The notes under the pieces were generated by a model. That model did not search any database, was not told where the DNA came from, and was given only the letters and a program-made list of their open reading frames with translations. The position numbers and the translations under genes are program-made. A DNA stretch of 54,547 nt, taken from the NCBI GenBank assembly GCA_943788985.1, contig CALSSJ010000016.1, positions 1 to 54,547 of the forward strand, given 5' to 3'. The DNA is from an uncultured Lentisphaerales bacterium. Its GTDB lineage: Bacteria > Verrucomicrobiota > Lentisphaeria > JABSQK01 > UBA12247. Below are positions 8,062-17,742 of the stretch, piece by piece; the stretch's first letter is position 1, and the number at the start of each line of letters is the position of its first letter.

Positions 8062-9912
8062 ATGGCTCCATCGCTCTCTCTCTCTCGCTTGCTGCCAGTT
8101 ATGGCAGCGTTTTTCCTGCTGTCTGCCCCGTTCCTGGTCGCCCAGGATGCTCCGCCCGCTGCAGCTGCTCCGACCCTAACAGTGGCCGAATCCGCACTCG
8201 CAGCGCCTGCAGCCCCCAAGGAAGCGTTGCTGGCAAAGATCAATAACTTCGCATTTGGACTGCTGTTTCGGGACGTTTCGTTCGGCGCGTTCAAATCAGC
8301 CATAGTAGATGAAGCCGGCAACCCCGTGCTGGCAGACGATGGGAGCCCAGACAAAGAAGGGCCTGAGGTTCCATTTCTGGTCGCGCTGCTCTTGGGCGGT
8401 GCACTCTTTTTTACGCTTTGGTACCGGTTTATCAACTTCAGAGGCTTTGGCCATGCATTACAGGTCGTGGCTGGCAAGTTCGACAATCCAGAAGACAAAG
8501 GCGAGATCTCCCATTTTCGCGCGCTCACTAGCGCCCTGTCGGCCACAGTTGGGCTGGGAAATATCGCCGGCGTTGCGATCGCAATTCGCACCGGGGGGCC
8601 GGGGGCCGTGTTCTGGATGTGGGTGGCGGCGATCTTTGGCATGTCGGCCAAATTCAGCAGCTGTACGCTGGCGCAGCTCTATCGTCAGGAGAACAAGGAT
8701 GGCAGCATCTCAGGCGGCCCAATGTACTACCTCGACCTGGGCCTGAAGGACCTTGGCCTGCCAATGTTCGGAAAGGTGCTGGGTGTGGTGTTTGCCGTCA
8801 TGGTCATGTGCGGCGCGATCGGTGGCGGAAATATGTTCCAAGCCAACCAGACTGTAGAAGTCATCACCGATACCTTCAAGCTCGACATGGATGCGGAACT
8901 CACGACGGCAGAGTTCCAGGCGCTGGTCGTTGCGAACCCCGCAAATGCGGAGGTCCTGACCAACCTCGCCCGCGACGTCAACGGCACCGTACACCTGCAT
9001 CTCGACGACCTCAACGCTGCGGACAAAGTCGCATTGGGCGATCAGTACGGGCAACTAAAGTCGGCCGCCGGCATGCCCGCAAAGTGGGGCATCGGCATCA
9101 TCATGGCCATTCTGGCCGGGGTCGTCATTCTGGGCGGGATCAAGCGCATCGGTGCGGCCACCAGCAAGATCGTCCCCCTGATGTGTGGCTTGTATGTGTT
9201 GGCTTCGCTCTTCGTCTTGCTGACCAACGCTAGCGGCATCCCTGCCTGTTTCGGTGTGATCTTTCAGCAGGCGTTCACCGGTGCTGCGATGGGCGGCGGC
9301 CTGATCGGGGTCATGGTTGTGGGCATCCAGCGCGCCGCATTCTCCAACGAAGCGGGCCTGGGCAGTGCGGCGATCGCGCATGCAGCAGCCAAGACCGACG
9401 AGCCCGTGCGCGAAGGCATGGTCGCGATGATTGGGCCCTTCATCGACACCATCGTCGTCTGTACCATGACCGCGCTGGTGGTGATCATTACCGGAGCCTG
9501 GCAGAACCCGGAGCTGACATCCGCCTCCGGCGTCAGCCTAACCTCGGCAGCTTTCAAGAGCTCAATTAGCTGGTTTCCCTATGTCTTAACTGCCTGTGTG
9601 GCGCTCTTCGCCTACTCCACGCTGATTTCCTGGTGCTACTACGGTGAGCGCGGTTGGATCTACCTCTTGGATCACGTAGGCGAAGGCATCGGCCTAAAGT
9701 CCGTGGTGGTCTTTCGGCTGGTCTTCGTGCTCTGCATCATTGTCGGTGCGATCAATAGCCTGACGGATGTACTGAACTTTTCAGACGTCATGATTTTGAG
9801 CATGTGCTTGCCGAATATTCTGGGCAGCATCATCCTAGCGCCTACCGTATTTCGCCACGCCAAAGATTATCTCGGACGACTGAAGTCCGGGGAGATCAAG
9901 CCGGTCAAATAG
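8062..9912 (+). CDS. Alanine/glycine:cation symporter (AGCS family)
   Basis: GGAGGAG RBS before ATG 8062; ALSATVGLGNIAGVAIAI..GGPGAVFWMW, GGPMYY, GNMFQAN, RAAFSNEAGLGSAAIAHAAA, PFIDTIVVCTMTAL. Confidence 0.95.
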   Translation: MAPSLSLSRLLPVMAAFFLLSAPFLVAQDAPPAAAAPTLTVAESALAAPAAPKEALLAKINNFAFGLLFRDVSFGAFKSAIVDEAGNPVLADDGSPDKEGPEVPFLVALLLGGALFFTLWYRFINFRGFGHALQVVAGKFDNPEDKGEISHFRALTSALSATVGLGNIAGVAIAIRTGGPGAVFWMWVAAIFGMSAKFSSCTLAQLYRQENKDGSISGGPMYYLDLGLKDLGLPMFGKVLGVVFAVMVMCGAIGGGNMFQANQTVEVITDTFKLDMDAELTTAEFQALVVANPANAEVLTNLARDVNGTVHLHLDDLNAADKVALGDQYGQLKSAAGMPAKWGIGIIMAILAGVVILGGIKRIGAATSKIVPLMCGLYVLASLFVLLTNASGIPACFGVIFQQAFTGAAMGGGLIGVMVVGIQRAAFSNEAGLGSAAIAHAAAKTDEPVREGMVAMIGPFIDTIVVCTMTALVVIITGAWQNPELTSASGVSLTSAAFKSSISWFPYVLTACVALFAYSTLISWCYYGERGWIYLLDHVGEGIGLKSVVVFRLVFVLCIIVGAINSLTDVLNFSDVMILSMCLPNILGSIILAPTVFRHAKDYLGRLKSGEIKPVK

Positions 9913-10143
9913 CAGCGCTATCGCTGTTGAGATAAGCCTCATCGCAAGAGCCAGTGACCTCGAGCTGGACTCTGAGGAAATTTCACAGAGAGACCACCGA
10001 GAGCGCAGAGAAAGATCAGGATTCTACAGGAAGGATGGGAAGGTAAGGAAGAGAGGTAGGCCTACGCTCGTAGTTAATGGCGGCTGGCGACCGTTCAGGT
10101 GCGCCTTCTCTGGGCCTCGTCTCATACAGTCCAACTCCTTGGT

Positions 10144-10785
10144 CTAGCCGAGCGCGCTGCCGATATTCCGGTAGAGGAAGACGACGACGCCCTGAATGCG
10201 GAGCTCCTCCGCCTTGTAGTGCTGCACCTCATAGGCCTCATTGGCTGGTCGGAGCTCTATGCCACCAGCGGTCCGATACAGTCGTTTCACTGTGGCCTCT
10301 TCATCGTGCACGAGAGCAACCACGATTTCCCCATCTGCTGCGGTCTCCGCAGCACGGGCAATGATCGTATCTCCCTCACGGATCCCCGCGTCCTCCATGC
10401 TGTCGCCCACAATCCGCAAGCCAAACAGACGGGCGGATTGCGGCGTTCGCAAAAGCTCTTGATTCAAGGTAATGAGCTCCTCGTGGTTCTCCTCTGCCAG
10501 TAGCGGCAGGCCCGCGCGGATGCTGCCGAGAACCGGAACCCGGACCTCCCCATTCTGCGAGACCGGATTCACCAGCGCAATACTACGGGCCTTGGTCGAG
10601 CGGCGGATCTGCCCCTTGCGCTGCAGTGCTTGCAGGTGCGTAAATGCGGTCGGTGTGGCGATGCCAAACTCTTTCGCAATCTCGCCGACCGTTGGCGGCA
10701 TCCCGCTATCCAAGGCAAACTGCTGAATAAAGGCGAGAATATCTTGCTGCTTCTCGGTCAGTGGGCGATTGCTTCGACCGTCCAT
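10144..10785 (-). CDS. lexA: SOS transcriptional repressor LexA
   Basis: LTEKQQDILAFI..GMPPTVGEIA winged HTH; Ala-Gly cleavage site (IRAGLP); catalytic Ser (GDSM) and Lys (ATVKR); AGGAGG RBS. Confidence 0.95.
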   Translation of the reverse strand: MDGRSNRPLTEKQQDILAFIQQFALDSGMPPTVGEIAKEFGIATPTAFTHLQALQRKGQIRRSTKARSIALVNPVSQNGEVRVPVLGSIRAGLPLLAEENHEELITLNQELLRTPQSARLFGLRIVGDSMEDAGIREGDTIIARAAETAADGEIVVALVHDEEATVKRLYRTAGGIELRPANEAYEVQHYKAEELRIQGVVVFLYRNIGSALG

Positions 10786-10849
10786 TGCTGGCCTCCTGGC
10801 ATATTAAAGGGTGCGTTGACGCGACCCATACCATAAAAGTGCTTGAGAG

Positions 10850-10877
10850 ATTATGCGAATTTTTAATAGCCTGTTAA
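10850..10877 (-). promoter_or_regulatory. Putative lexA sigma70 promoter with overlapping palindrome (candidate SOS box)
   Basis: Minus strand TTAACA-N16-CATAAT; imperfect palindrome TTAATAG-C-CTGTTAA (10863-10877) covers the -35 element. Confidence 0.45.
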
Positions 10878-11370
10878 TCGCTTGTAGATACAGCCAACCA
10901 AAGTAGAGGCGACTGCAGGGTCGACAGGATAAGGTTCAGTCATTGCCGAAGCGTAGACATCAATTCGGGCAGACGCTCGGTCAGATAGATCGGTAGATTA
11001 AACAAGCGGTAGGATACGGGATGTCGCCTATGCGCAGACAAGACAGACACGGCAACGTCCAGTATGAAGGGGGCTGCAAATTAAATTTAACGGCCGTGTC
11101 CGCTTGCCGCTCAAACATGAACTGAGGCAACGACTTGAGGCTGCCGCCTTCACTTCGGTCAGGATATCGTATTCAACACCACCAGCATCGACTCATCTCT
11201 ACCAGCACACCGCAGTATCCAAAATGCATACCCCATTTACGAACGAATTTACGATTCACCACACCAGAGAAGAGAGTGCTACGCAGAAGTTATCCGGGCG
11301 AAAGAGCCTATCAGCAGGCTTCCGCTGCGCCCCAGCTGTCCCATTGACTTCATTCGCGGTACTGGATTCC

Positions 11371-11570
11371 TAGGTGATGCCGCTGACCTCGTCGTAGATA
11401 TAGGTGAGATCGGTGGGGTGCGGCGGATTTCTAAGGCGGCGGTGTAGTCGTAGAAGGGGAGGATGGTGCTGTCAGCGGGTTTGGTGTTTATGAGGGTGTC
11501 GAGTGGGTTGAGGGGGGCGTAGGTGTATGGGGTGTGGGTGCCGGTGAGGCCGCCGTCGGCAGTGGTGGTG
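11371..11570 (-). pseudogene. Degenerate RHS/YD-repeat gene fragment
   Basis: Minus-strand translation YTYAPLNPLDTLINTKPADSTILPFYDYT and, in another frame, TDLTYIYDEVSGIT; resembles the YD-repeat pattern YTYDxLNRL...YDYT. Confidence 0.45.
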
Positions 11571-11993
11571 GACTCACGGGCGCCGATGGCGCTACTCCTC
11601 TTTCTGTTCCTGTGCCGGCGAGCCACCTGCGGTGCCAGTGATTTGGTAAGGCCCAGCGAGGAAATGACGTTACATTTTGGGTGTCAGGCGCGTGGATCGT
11701 CGCGTGCGCGAGGGTACCTGGGCAACACGCAACGCCGCAGATCGCGATTCGCCGCCCCATCAAGATGTACTGTTGTTTTCGCGCGCGCCCGGAGGGCTAT
11801 CTCCGGAGGATTGGGCCTATCTCCGGGGATGAAGGTGACGAAAACACGCGGCAGAAACTGCGGAACCGGCGATGGGGAAGTAGAGTAAGGGTTTTCGTCT
11901 TTTGACCCGTGGAGCGGCTCGCACCCAGTCGGAGTGGCTAGACTCGCGACATCCACAGGCTATGCCAGAACTTTTTAACGCTGAAGAGAACGC

Positions 11994-12674
11994 ATGAATT
12001 TAGTCGTGGACCTGCTGCAACGAGGCGGAGCGGTGACCGGAGTTGTCCTGCTTCTCGGGGTGATCGCTACGGTGATTATCTTCGAACGTCTACTGCATTA
12101 TCATCGGGCGCAGATCAATGTCCCGGAGTTTTTGCGGGGGGTATTGAACGTGCTGCGCCGTGGTAACGCGGTGGAAGCCGCAAGTATCTGCGTGGATACA
12201 CCAGGCCCGGTGGCGCACATCGTGCGGGCTGCGATTCTGCGCGGTTCGCAAGGGGAGAAGGCGATTCGCCAAGCGATCGACGATGCCAGCCTGTCCGAGA
12301 TCCCGCGACTCGAGCGCAGCCTCGGGCTGCTGGCGACGATCTCTACGATCGGCCCCCTGCTGGGCCTGTTAGGGACGGTATTGGGGATGGTCACGCTGTT
12401 TATGGATATGGAGAGCGCCGGCCAATACGTGCACGTGAAGACGTTGGCCGGTGGCATCCGCCAGGCCCTGTTGAGCACGGCGGTGGGCCTGACGGTCGGA
12501 ATCGGGGCCCATGGCTTCTATAACTACTTCGTGCGGCGCGTGGACGGCATCGTGCTGGATATGGAGAAGACCGCTTCTGAGTTGCTATACTTTTTGTCGG
12601 AGAATCCTGTTTCGGTTGAGGAGCAGGAAGCGCGGCCCCGCTCGGAGCACGGCGGACCTCCGCGAGGGCTCTGA
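11994..12674 (+). CDS. exbB: MotA/TolQ/ExbB proton-channel family protein
   Basis: LATISTIGPLLGLLGTVLGM, LAGGIRQALLSTAVGL, YNYF; three TM segments. Confidence 0.9.
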   Translation: MNLVVDLLQRGGAVTGVVLLLGVIATVIIFERLLHYHRAQINVPEFLRGVLNVLRRGNAVEAASICVDTPGPVAHIVRAAILRGSQGEKAIRQAIDDASLSEIPRLERSLGLLATISTIGPLLGLLGTVLGMVTLFMDMESAGQYVHVKTLAGGIRQALLSTAVGLTVGIGAHGFYNYFVRRVDGIVLDMEKTASELLYFLSENPVSVEEQEARPRSEHGGPPRGL

Positions 12675-12679
12675 GACCG

Positions 12680-13177
12680 ATGATTTCTGAAAGCCGCACT
12701 CGTCGCGGATTGCGCGACCTTCGCGAGCGCGAGCGCCTGATCCCAGGCTTCGATCGCGAGCTGCAGTTTCCCCGCACATGCCGGATTCGCGGCGGCCCGG
12801 AATATGCGCTGGTCGGCGTGGTGGATGTGGTCTTTTTGCTGTTGATCTTTATCATGCTGGGCAGCTCCTTAGTGTTTCAGACTGGCATCACGGTGCGGCT
12901 GCCTGAGACCGTGGCGCAGTTCGAGGGCGTGGGCGACAAGCTAGTGATCACGATGGTAAAAGAGGGCCAGACCTATTTCAATGACCAGGTGGTAGACCTC
13001 GATAAGCTGAACTCACAGCTCAAGACGATCTCGATGGAATCCGAGGGCGGCCGACGGCCAGTAATTATCCTGAAAGCAGACCGTGATCGGCCCTACCACC
13101 AGATCGTGCAGCTGATCTCGATGGCGCGCTCGCACAACCTGGAGGTGATTATGGTCACCAAGAAGGCCGGCGAGTGA
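12680..13177 (+). CDS. exbD: ExbD/TolR family biopolymer transport protein
   Basis: VVDVVFLLLIFIML TM with conserved Asp; GITVRLP; IILKADR. Confidence 0.88.
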   Translation: MISESRTRRGLRDLRERERLIPGFDRELQFPRTCRIRGGPEYALVGVVDVVFLLLIFIMLGSSLVFQTGITVRLPETVAQFEGVGDKLVITMVKEGQTYFNDQVVDLDKLNSQLKTISMESEGGRRPVIILKADRDRPYHQIVQLISMARSHNLEVIMVTKKAGE

Positions 13178-14028
13178 ACCTGGGGCCATCGAAGCAGCAT
13201 ACGGTCCGCCACTGGCTACTTGCGGTGTTGCTGACGGTCGCGCTATACGGGGGAACGATCCACCTGTTCGAGATCAGGGAGCCGCAGCGCGAGGGCCTGG
13301 TCCAACGCCGCGCGAGCCGCGTGGTAAGCCTTCCCGACCCGTTGCAGCGCGGTGGCAGGCACCAAGCGTGGCAAGCCCGCGTGTTGGCTTGGCTGGATTT
13401 GCGTGATCCGACTATCCTCTCGCTGCCGCATCCAACACGGGGATTCAGCGGGATCCGCCGGGACGACTTCGTGCGGCCAGTGCAGGATACGCCTATGGCC
13501 GTGCACGCGATCGAGAGCGACACCTTCCCGGAACTTGCGGAGTTCGCAATCATCGATGAGTTTCAAGACTTGGACCAGGCGCTGTTGGAAGCACGACGAA
13601 TTTCTGCCCCGGCGTTGTCCTATGATGCGCCAGCGGAGCTGTCGCGGCAGGTCCACTGGCTGAATGCGAGCGGCACAATTCAGACCGACATTCCGGCTCT
13701 AGACTTGGAGGCGCTGAGCGAAGGCCAGACGGTCACCGGGAATTCGGTCCTGCTGCTGCAGAGCGATCCTGAGATGGTCCGGGTGAGGTTGGTGCGCTCC
13801 TGTGGCAATGCGGTATTGGACCAGCTGGCAGTGGAACACTTGCGAGAGAAGGTGATCCTGACCCAAGACGCGGTGCCGCTTGGCACGGAGGCACGGCCCC
13901 TGAAACAAACGATGCGCCACCTCTATATTGTCTGGCGCTTTCACCCAAAAATCAGCGATCGTCGCGGCATAGACAGCGACATTTGGCACCGCAAACAGGA
14001 TATTTGGCATGATCTCGATTGGTATTGA
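13174..14028 (+). CDS. Membrane-anchored protein with TonB C-terminal-like segment
   Basis: N-terminal TM; VRLVRSCGNAVLDQLAVEHL resembles the TonB_C SSGxxxLDxAA motif; GTGA overlap with exbD. Confidence 0.6.
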   Translation: MNLGPSKQHTVRHWLLAVLLTVALYGGTIHLFEIREPQREGLVQRRASRVVSLPDPLQRGGRHQAWQARVLAWLDLRDPTILSLPHPTRGFSGIRRDDFVRPVQDTPMAVHAIESDTFPELAEFAIIDEFQDLDQALLEARRISAPALSYDAPAELSRQVHWLNASGTIQTDIPALDLEALSEGQTVTGNSVLLLQSDPEMVRVRLVRSCGNAVLDQLAVEHLREKVILTQDAVPLGTEARPLKQTMRHLYIVWRFHPKISDRRGIDSDIWHRKQDIWHDLDWY

Positions 14029-14272
14029 TGACTTTTTCGCGCTGTGCGCGACGGTCTTATGCCTGACGCTGGGCGTGCTGTGGGGACGGCAACGATGGCT
14101 CGCGCGCAATCACGCGTGGGAGCTTTCTACTGAGTTGCTCTGCCGTTGCCGCAAGTGCAGCTATACATTCATGGTGCAGCGTAATGAGACAGTGACTCGC
14201 TGTCCAGCCTGCGAAGAACTAAATCGCCCTCGCCTGCGGCGAAAGAAATCTAAGAGGATCCGTTACGAATGA
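14009..14272 (+). CDS. Small membrane-anchored zinc-ribbon protein
   Basis: N-terminal hydrophobic helix, CRKC...CPAC, basic tail; overlaps both neighbours (ATGA with guaA). Confidence 0.75.
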   Translation: MISIGIDDFFALCATVLCLTLGVLWGRQRWLARNHAWELSTELLCRCRKCSYTFMVQRNETVTRCPACEELNRPRLRRKKSKRIRYE

Positions 14273-15819
14273 GTGTTAACTCCGATCAAATTATCATACT
14301 CGACTTTGGCTCACAATATACCCAATTGATCGCTCGCAGAGTTCGCGAGCTAAATGTATTCAGCGACATTCTGCGCTACGACACACCTGCTGCCGAGATC
14401 AGGGCCAGGGGTGCTCGCGGCATCATCCTGAGCGGTGGCCCCGCCAGCGTGTACGCAGAGAACAGCCCGCAATGCTGCCCGGAGCTGTTCGACTTAGGCC
14501 TGCCGATTCTCGGCGTCTGCTATGGGCTGCAATTGATGGTGCATCGCCTCGGCGGCTCGGTGGATGTGGGGCTGGAGCGCGAGTTCGGACTGGCAAAGCT
14601 ATCCGTGCATCACGACAATCCGCTGTTTGCCAACGTGCCCGATGACTTCTCGGTGTGGATGAGCCACGGGGACAAAGTACACGCCTTGCCGGAGGGCTTC
14701 CGGACGGTAGCCTCAACAGGGAATGCGGAGTTCGCAGCGATCGCCGACACACAGCGCAAGTTCTTCGGGATTCAGTTTCACCCCGAAGTCGTGCACTCCG
14801 AGCATGGCAGCGACCTGTTCCGAAACTTCGCGATGGATGTATGCGGCTGCACAGGCAGCTGGACAATGGAGTCTTTCGTCGAGCGCTCGGTGCGTGAAAT
14901 TCAGCAGCAGGTTGGGGACGAGGGAGAAGTGATTCTGGGGCTGAGCGGCGGGGTGGACTCGTCGGTGGCTGCCGCGCTGATTCACAAAGCGATCGGGAGC
15001 CGTCTGCACTGTGTGTTTGTCAATAATGGGCTATGCCGCGAGGGCGAAGCCGAAGCGGTGGTAGGGTTGTTCGGCCGGGCTTTTCAGATGAACCTGCATG
15101 TGGTAGACGCGACCGAGCGCTTTATCGGAAAGCTGGCGGGCGTGATCGAGCCAGAGGCCAAGCGAAAGATCATTGGCTACGAGTTTGTGGACGTGTTCGA
15201 CGACAAAGCCAAGACCTTGCCCAAGGTGAGTTTTCTGGCTCAGGGCACGACCTATCCGGACGTGATCGAGAGCGTCCCAATTGGGGACAATCCGAGTTCC
15301 ATGATCAAGAGCCACCATAACGTCGGCGGCTTGCCGGAGACGATGGACTTGGACCTTGTCGAGCCGCTGCGTCAGCTGTTCAAGGATGAAGTGCGTGAAG
15401 TGGGTCGCCAACTCGGACTGCCCAAGGAGGCAGTGATGCGTCAGCCATTTCCGGGGCCGGGCTTGGGCGTGCGGATCTTGGGCGAAGTCACCTCGGAGCG
15501 TCTCGAAATCTTACGTAAAGCCGATACGATCGTGCTACAGGAGATGAAGGCCGCTGACCTGTACTACAAGGTTTGGCAGTCATTTGCCGTGCTGCTTCCG
15601 GTGCAGACTGTGGGCGTGATGGGCGACGAGCGCACCTATGAGAACGTGTGCGCACTTCGGATCGTAGACAGCCAGGACGGGATGACTGCGGATTGGGTGC
15701 GGGTGCCGTACGAGTTGCTCGGCCGCATGGCCAACCGGATCATCAATGAAGTGCGCGGGATCAATCGTGTCTGCCTTGACATCAGCTCCAAGCCACCAAG
15801 CACGATCGAGTGGGAATAG
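14269..15819 (+). CDS. guaA: GMP synthase (glutamine-hydrolyzing)
   Basis: ILDFGSQYTQLIARRVRE, GVCYGLQ, QFHPEV, LSGGVDS, IKSHHNVGGLP, KPPSTIEWE. Confidence 0.98.
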   Translation: MSVNSDQIIILDFGSQYTQLIARRVRELNVFSDILRYDTPAAEIRARGARGIILSGGPASVYAENSPQCCPELFDLGLPILGVCYGLQLMVHRLGGSVDVGLEREFGLAKLSVHHDNPLFANVPDDFSVWMSHGDKVHALPEGFRTVASTGNAEFAAIADTQRKFFGIQFHPEVVHSEHGSDLFRNFAMDVCGCTGSWTMESFVERSVREIQQQVGDEGEVILGLSGGVDSSVAAALIHKAIGSRLHCVFVNNGLCREGEAEAVVGLFGRAFQMNLHVVDATERFIGKLAGVIEPEAKRKIIGYEFVDVFDDKAKTLPKVSFLAQGTTYPDVIESVPIGDNPSSMIKSHHNVGGLPETMDLDLVEPLRQLFKDEVREVGRQLGLPKEAVMRQPFPGPGLGVRILGEVTSERLEILRKADTIVLQEMKAADLYYKVWQSFAVLLPVQTVGVMGDERTYENVCALRIVDSQDGMTADWVRVPYELLGRMANRIINEVRGINRVCLDISSKPPSTIEWE

Positions 15820-15840
15820 ACCGCACAGCGCCACGTCGCG

Positions 15841-16629
15841 ATGATCTGCGAGTTTCTCGGTAGCGGTACGTCATTCGGCGTCCCGTCGATCGGCTGCGAC
15901 TGCGGAGTCTGTCGATCTGAAGACCCGCGGGATAACCGGCTGCGCGCCAGCATTATGGTGGAGCATGCAGGGCAGCGGATCATTGTCGACGCTGGCCCTG
16001 ATTTTCGGCAGCAGTGCCTGCGCGCGAACATCGCAACGCTGGACGGCATTCTCATCACACACGGCCATGCCGACCATATTTTTGGGCTGGATGACGCGCG
16101 ACAGTTTACCTATCGCTCTAAGAAGCCATTGCCGCTGCTCGTTCCGGACCACACCTGGCCGACGATCTCCCAAGTCTACCAGTACGCATTTGCCGAGGCA
16201 CCAAGTGGGCTCACGCGGCCCAAATTCGAGCCGCAGATATGTACCAATGGCACGCAGCTGGAGTTTGCAGAGTTCGCAATCACGCCGTTGCCGGTGATCC
16301 ACGGCTCTGATTTGATCAGCGGTTTTCAGATCGAAGCAGGCGGCAGTGTGCTGGTGTATCTCACCGATTGCAAGCACCTGCCAGATGAGACCGTGGAGGC
16401 TGCGAAGTCCGCAAACGTGGTGGTGCTGTCAGCGTTGTGGAGGCAGGATTGGAAGCATCCATCGCACTTGAATCTGGAGGAGGCGCTGGAGTGGGCTGAG
16501 CGGATTGCTGCCCCTCAGCTGTATCTCACGCACCTGACCCATTTTATCGGCCTACACGCAGAGACCTCGGCGCGCTTGCCCGCGCAGGTAGACCTGGCCC
16601 ATGATGGCTTGCGTTTTGAGGTTGCCTGA
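15841..16629 (+). CDS. MBL-fold metallo-hydrolase, PhnP/YcfH-associated type
   Basis: LGSGTSFGVPSIGCDCGVC, DAGPDFRQQ, THGHADHIFGLDD, YLTD, HPSH, YLTHLTH. Confidence 0.9.
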   Translation: MICEFLGSGTSFGVPSIGCDCGVCRSEDPRDNRLRASIMVEHAGQRIIVDAGPDFRQQCLRANIATLDGILITHGHADHIFGLDDARQFTYRSKKPLPLLVPDHTWPTISQVYQYAFAEAPSGLTRPKFEPQICTNGTQLEFAEFAITPLPVIHGSDLISGFQIEAGGSVLVYLTDCKHLPDETVEAAKSANVVVLSALWRQDWKHPSHLNLEEALEWAERIAAPQLYLTHLTHFIGLHAETSARLPAQVDLAHDGLRFEVA

Positions 16630-16838
16630 TGAGCCGCTTTTCCTGCTTTCTGATATGGAGTAAGCACCTCACGCAACTGGCTTCGCGCCCCAGCTACATT
16701 CCTTGGTACGACGGGTCTCTGTGCCCGCCCCTCTACTATCAGAGTGACGCGTACGGAGAAGCGGTCCTACAAATCGCCCAATAGTCCCAGCGATGGATCG
16801 GCAGCAGCGAAATCTGGTGCTGCGTAAGTAGCGGCGGG

Positions 16839-17742
16839 TTATTGCGGGAGGCCGATGGTCTCGCGCCAGGGGCCGTCAGCTGGCTTGTTATGGGCCCAGT
16901 AGGGCAGCATGCGGGTGTGGGTGCGGCGGGCGGTGGTGGTGACAGGTTCGCGGCCCAGGAGCCTCGGGGTAGGTTTCGCTCCAACTCTCGATCAGGTGCG
17001 GGAAGGCGGCGCTGAAGGTGATTTCGACGGTTCGCTGGAGCTCTGTGTATTGGAGGCGGTAGCTGCGCAACCCGCCTAGTGCTTCTTGAAGCGTGGCGGT
17101 GGCAGGCGAGGCTGCAACGGGAACATGGGCAAACCGGGTGTAGACTAAGCTGGGAATGAAGGAGATGGAGCCGGTAGGCAAGGTCTCGGGTGCCAAGCGG
17201 ATCCGGAGCCACAGTCCATCCTCTGTCTGCGCGAGCGGCAGCTTGGTGTCGGTGTCGCCCTCACTCTGGAAGTACGAGTACTGTCGTAGCTGGAGGTGCT
17301 CGGGCCAGCGATTGAGCTGCGTGAAGACTTGGCCGCACCACTCTTGGACACCACAGCTGGCCTTCAAGAGCACTGGTTGGCTGATCGGCGCGAATGCTGA
17401 GGTCATGGCGGTGTAGGGATAGACTCCGGTTGTGAATGACCGTGTGGCGTTCAATTTCAGCACTGGCGTGGCCTGATCACGCTCTGGCGCATCGGACTTC
17501 ACTTGGGTCAGAGGATCAAAGGGCTCGGTGACGAAGATGAGCACGGCGTCGCCAGCGTGGGTGTTGCCGTAACGCCCTTGGGATAGGGCGTAGCGCGAGA
17601 TTTCGGCACCGTGCGGGTACCAATAGCTTTGAATGTCCGTAGCCTCTGGAATGGCGGTGACGGGACCGGCAGGAGCCTCGGGCTGGGATGCACAGGAGCA
17701 CAACAGCGAAAAGCTCAGGCTCAGCAAGGCGAGCCAACGCAT
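16839..17742 (-). CDS. Conserved hypothetical lipoprotein, frameshifted near the C-terminus
   Basis: Lipobox LLCSC; YWYPHGAEISRYALSQGRYG, LIFVTEPF, VLKLN, QEWCGQ. Removing one base from GGGG 16966-16969 gives the C-terminus TTTARRTHTRMLPYWAHNKPADGPWRETIGLPQ* (stop 16839-16841). The start overlaps the argS stop (TGATG). Confidence 0.75.

Noticed and set aside
11560..11990. Cobalamin riboswitch or tmRNA upstream of exbB
   Set aside because: No B12-box or GGGAA..GGTG core; the TCCACCA on the minus strand lacks a T-arm.
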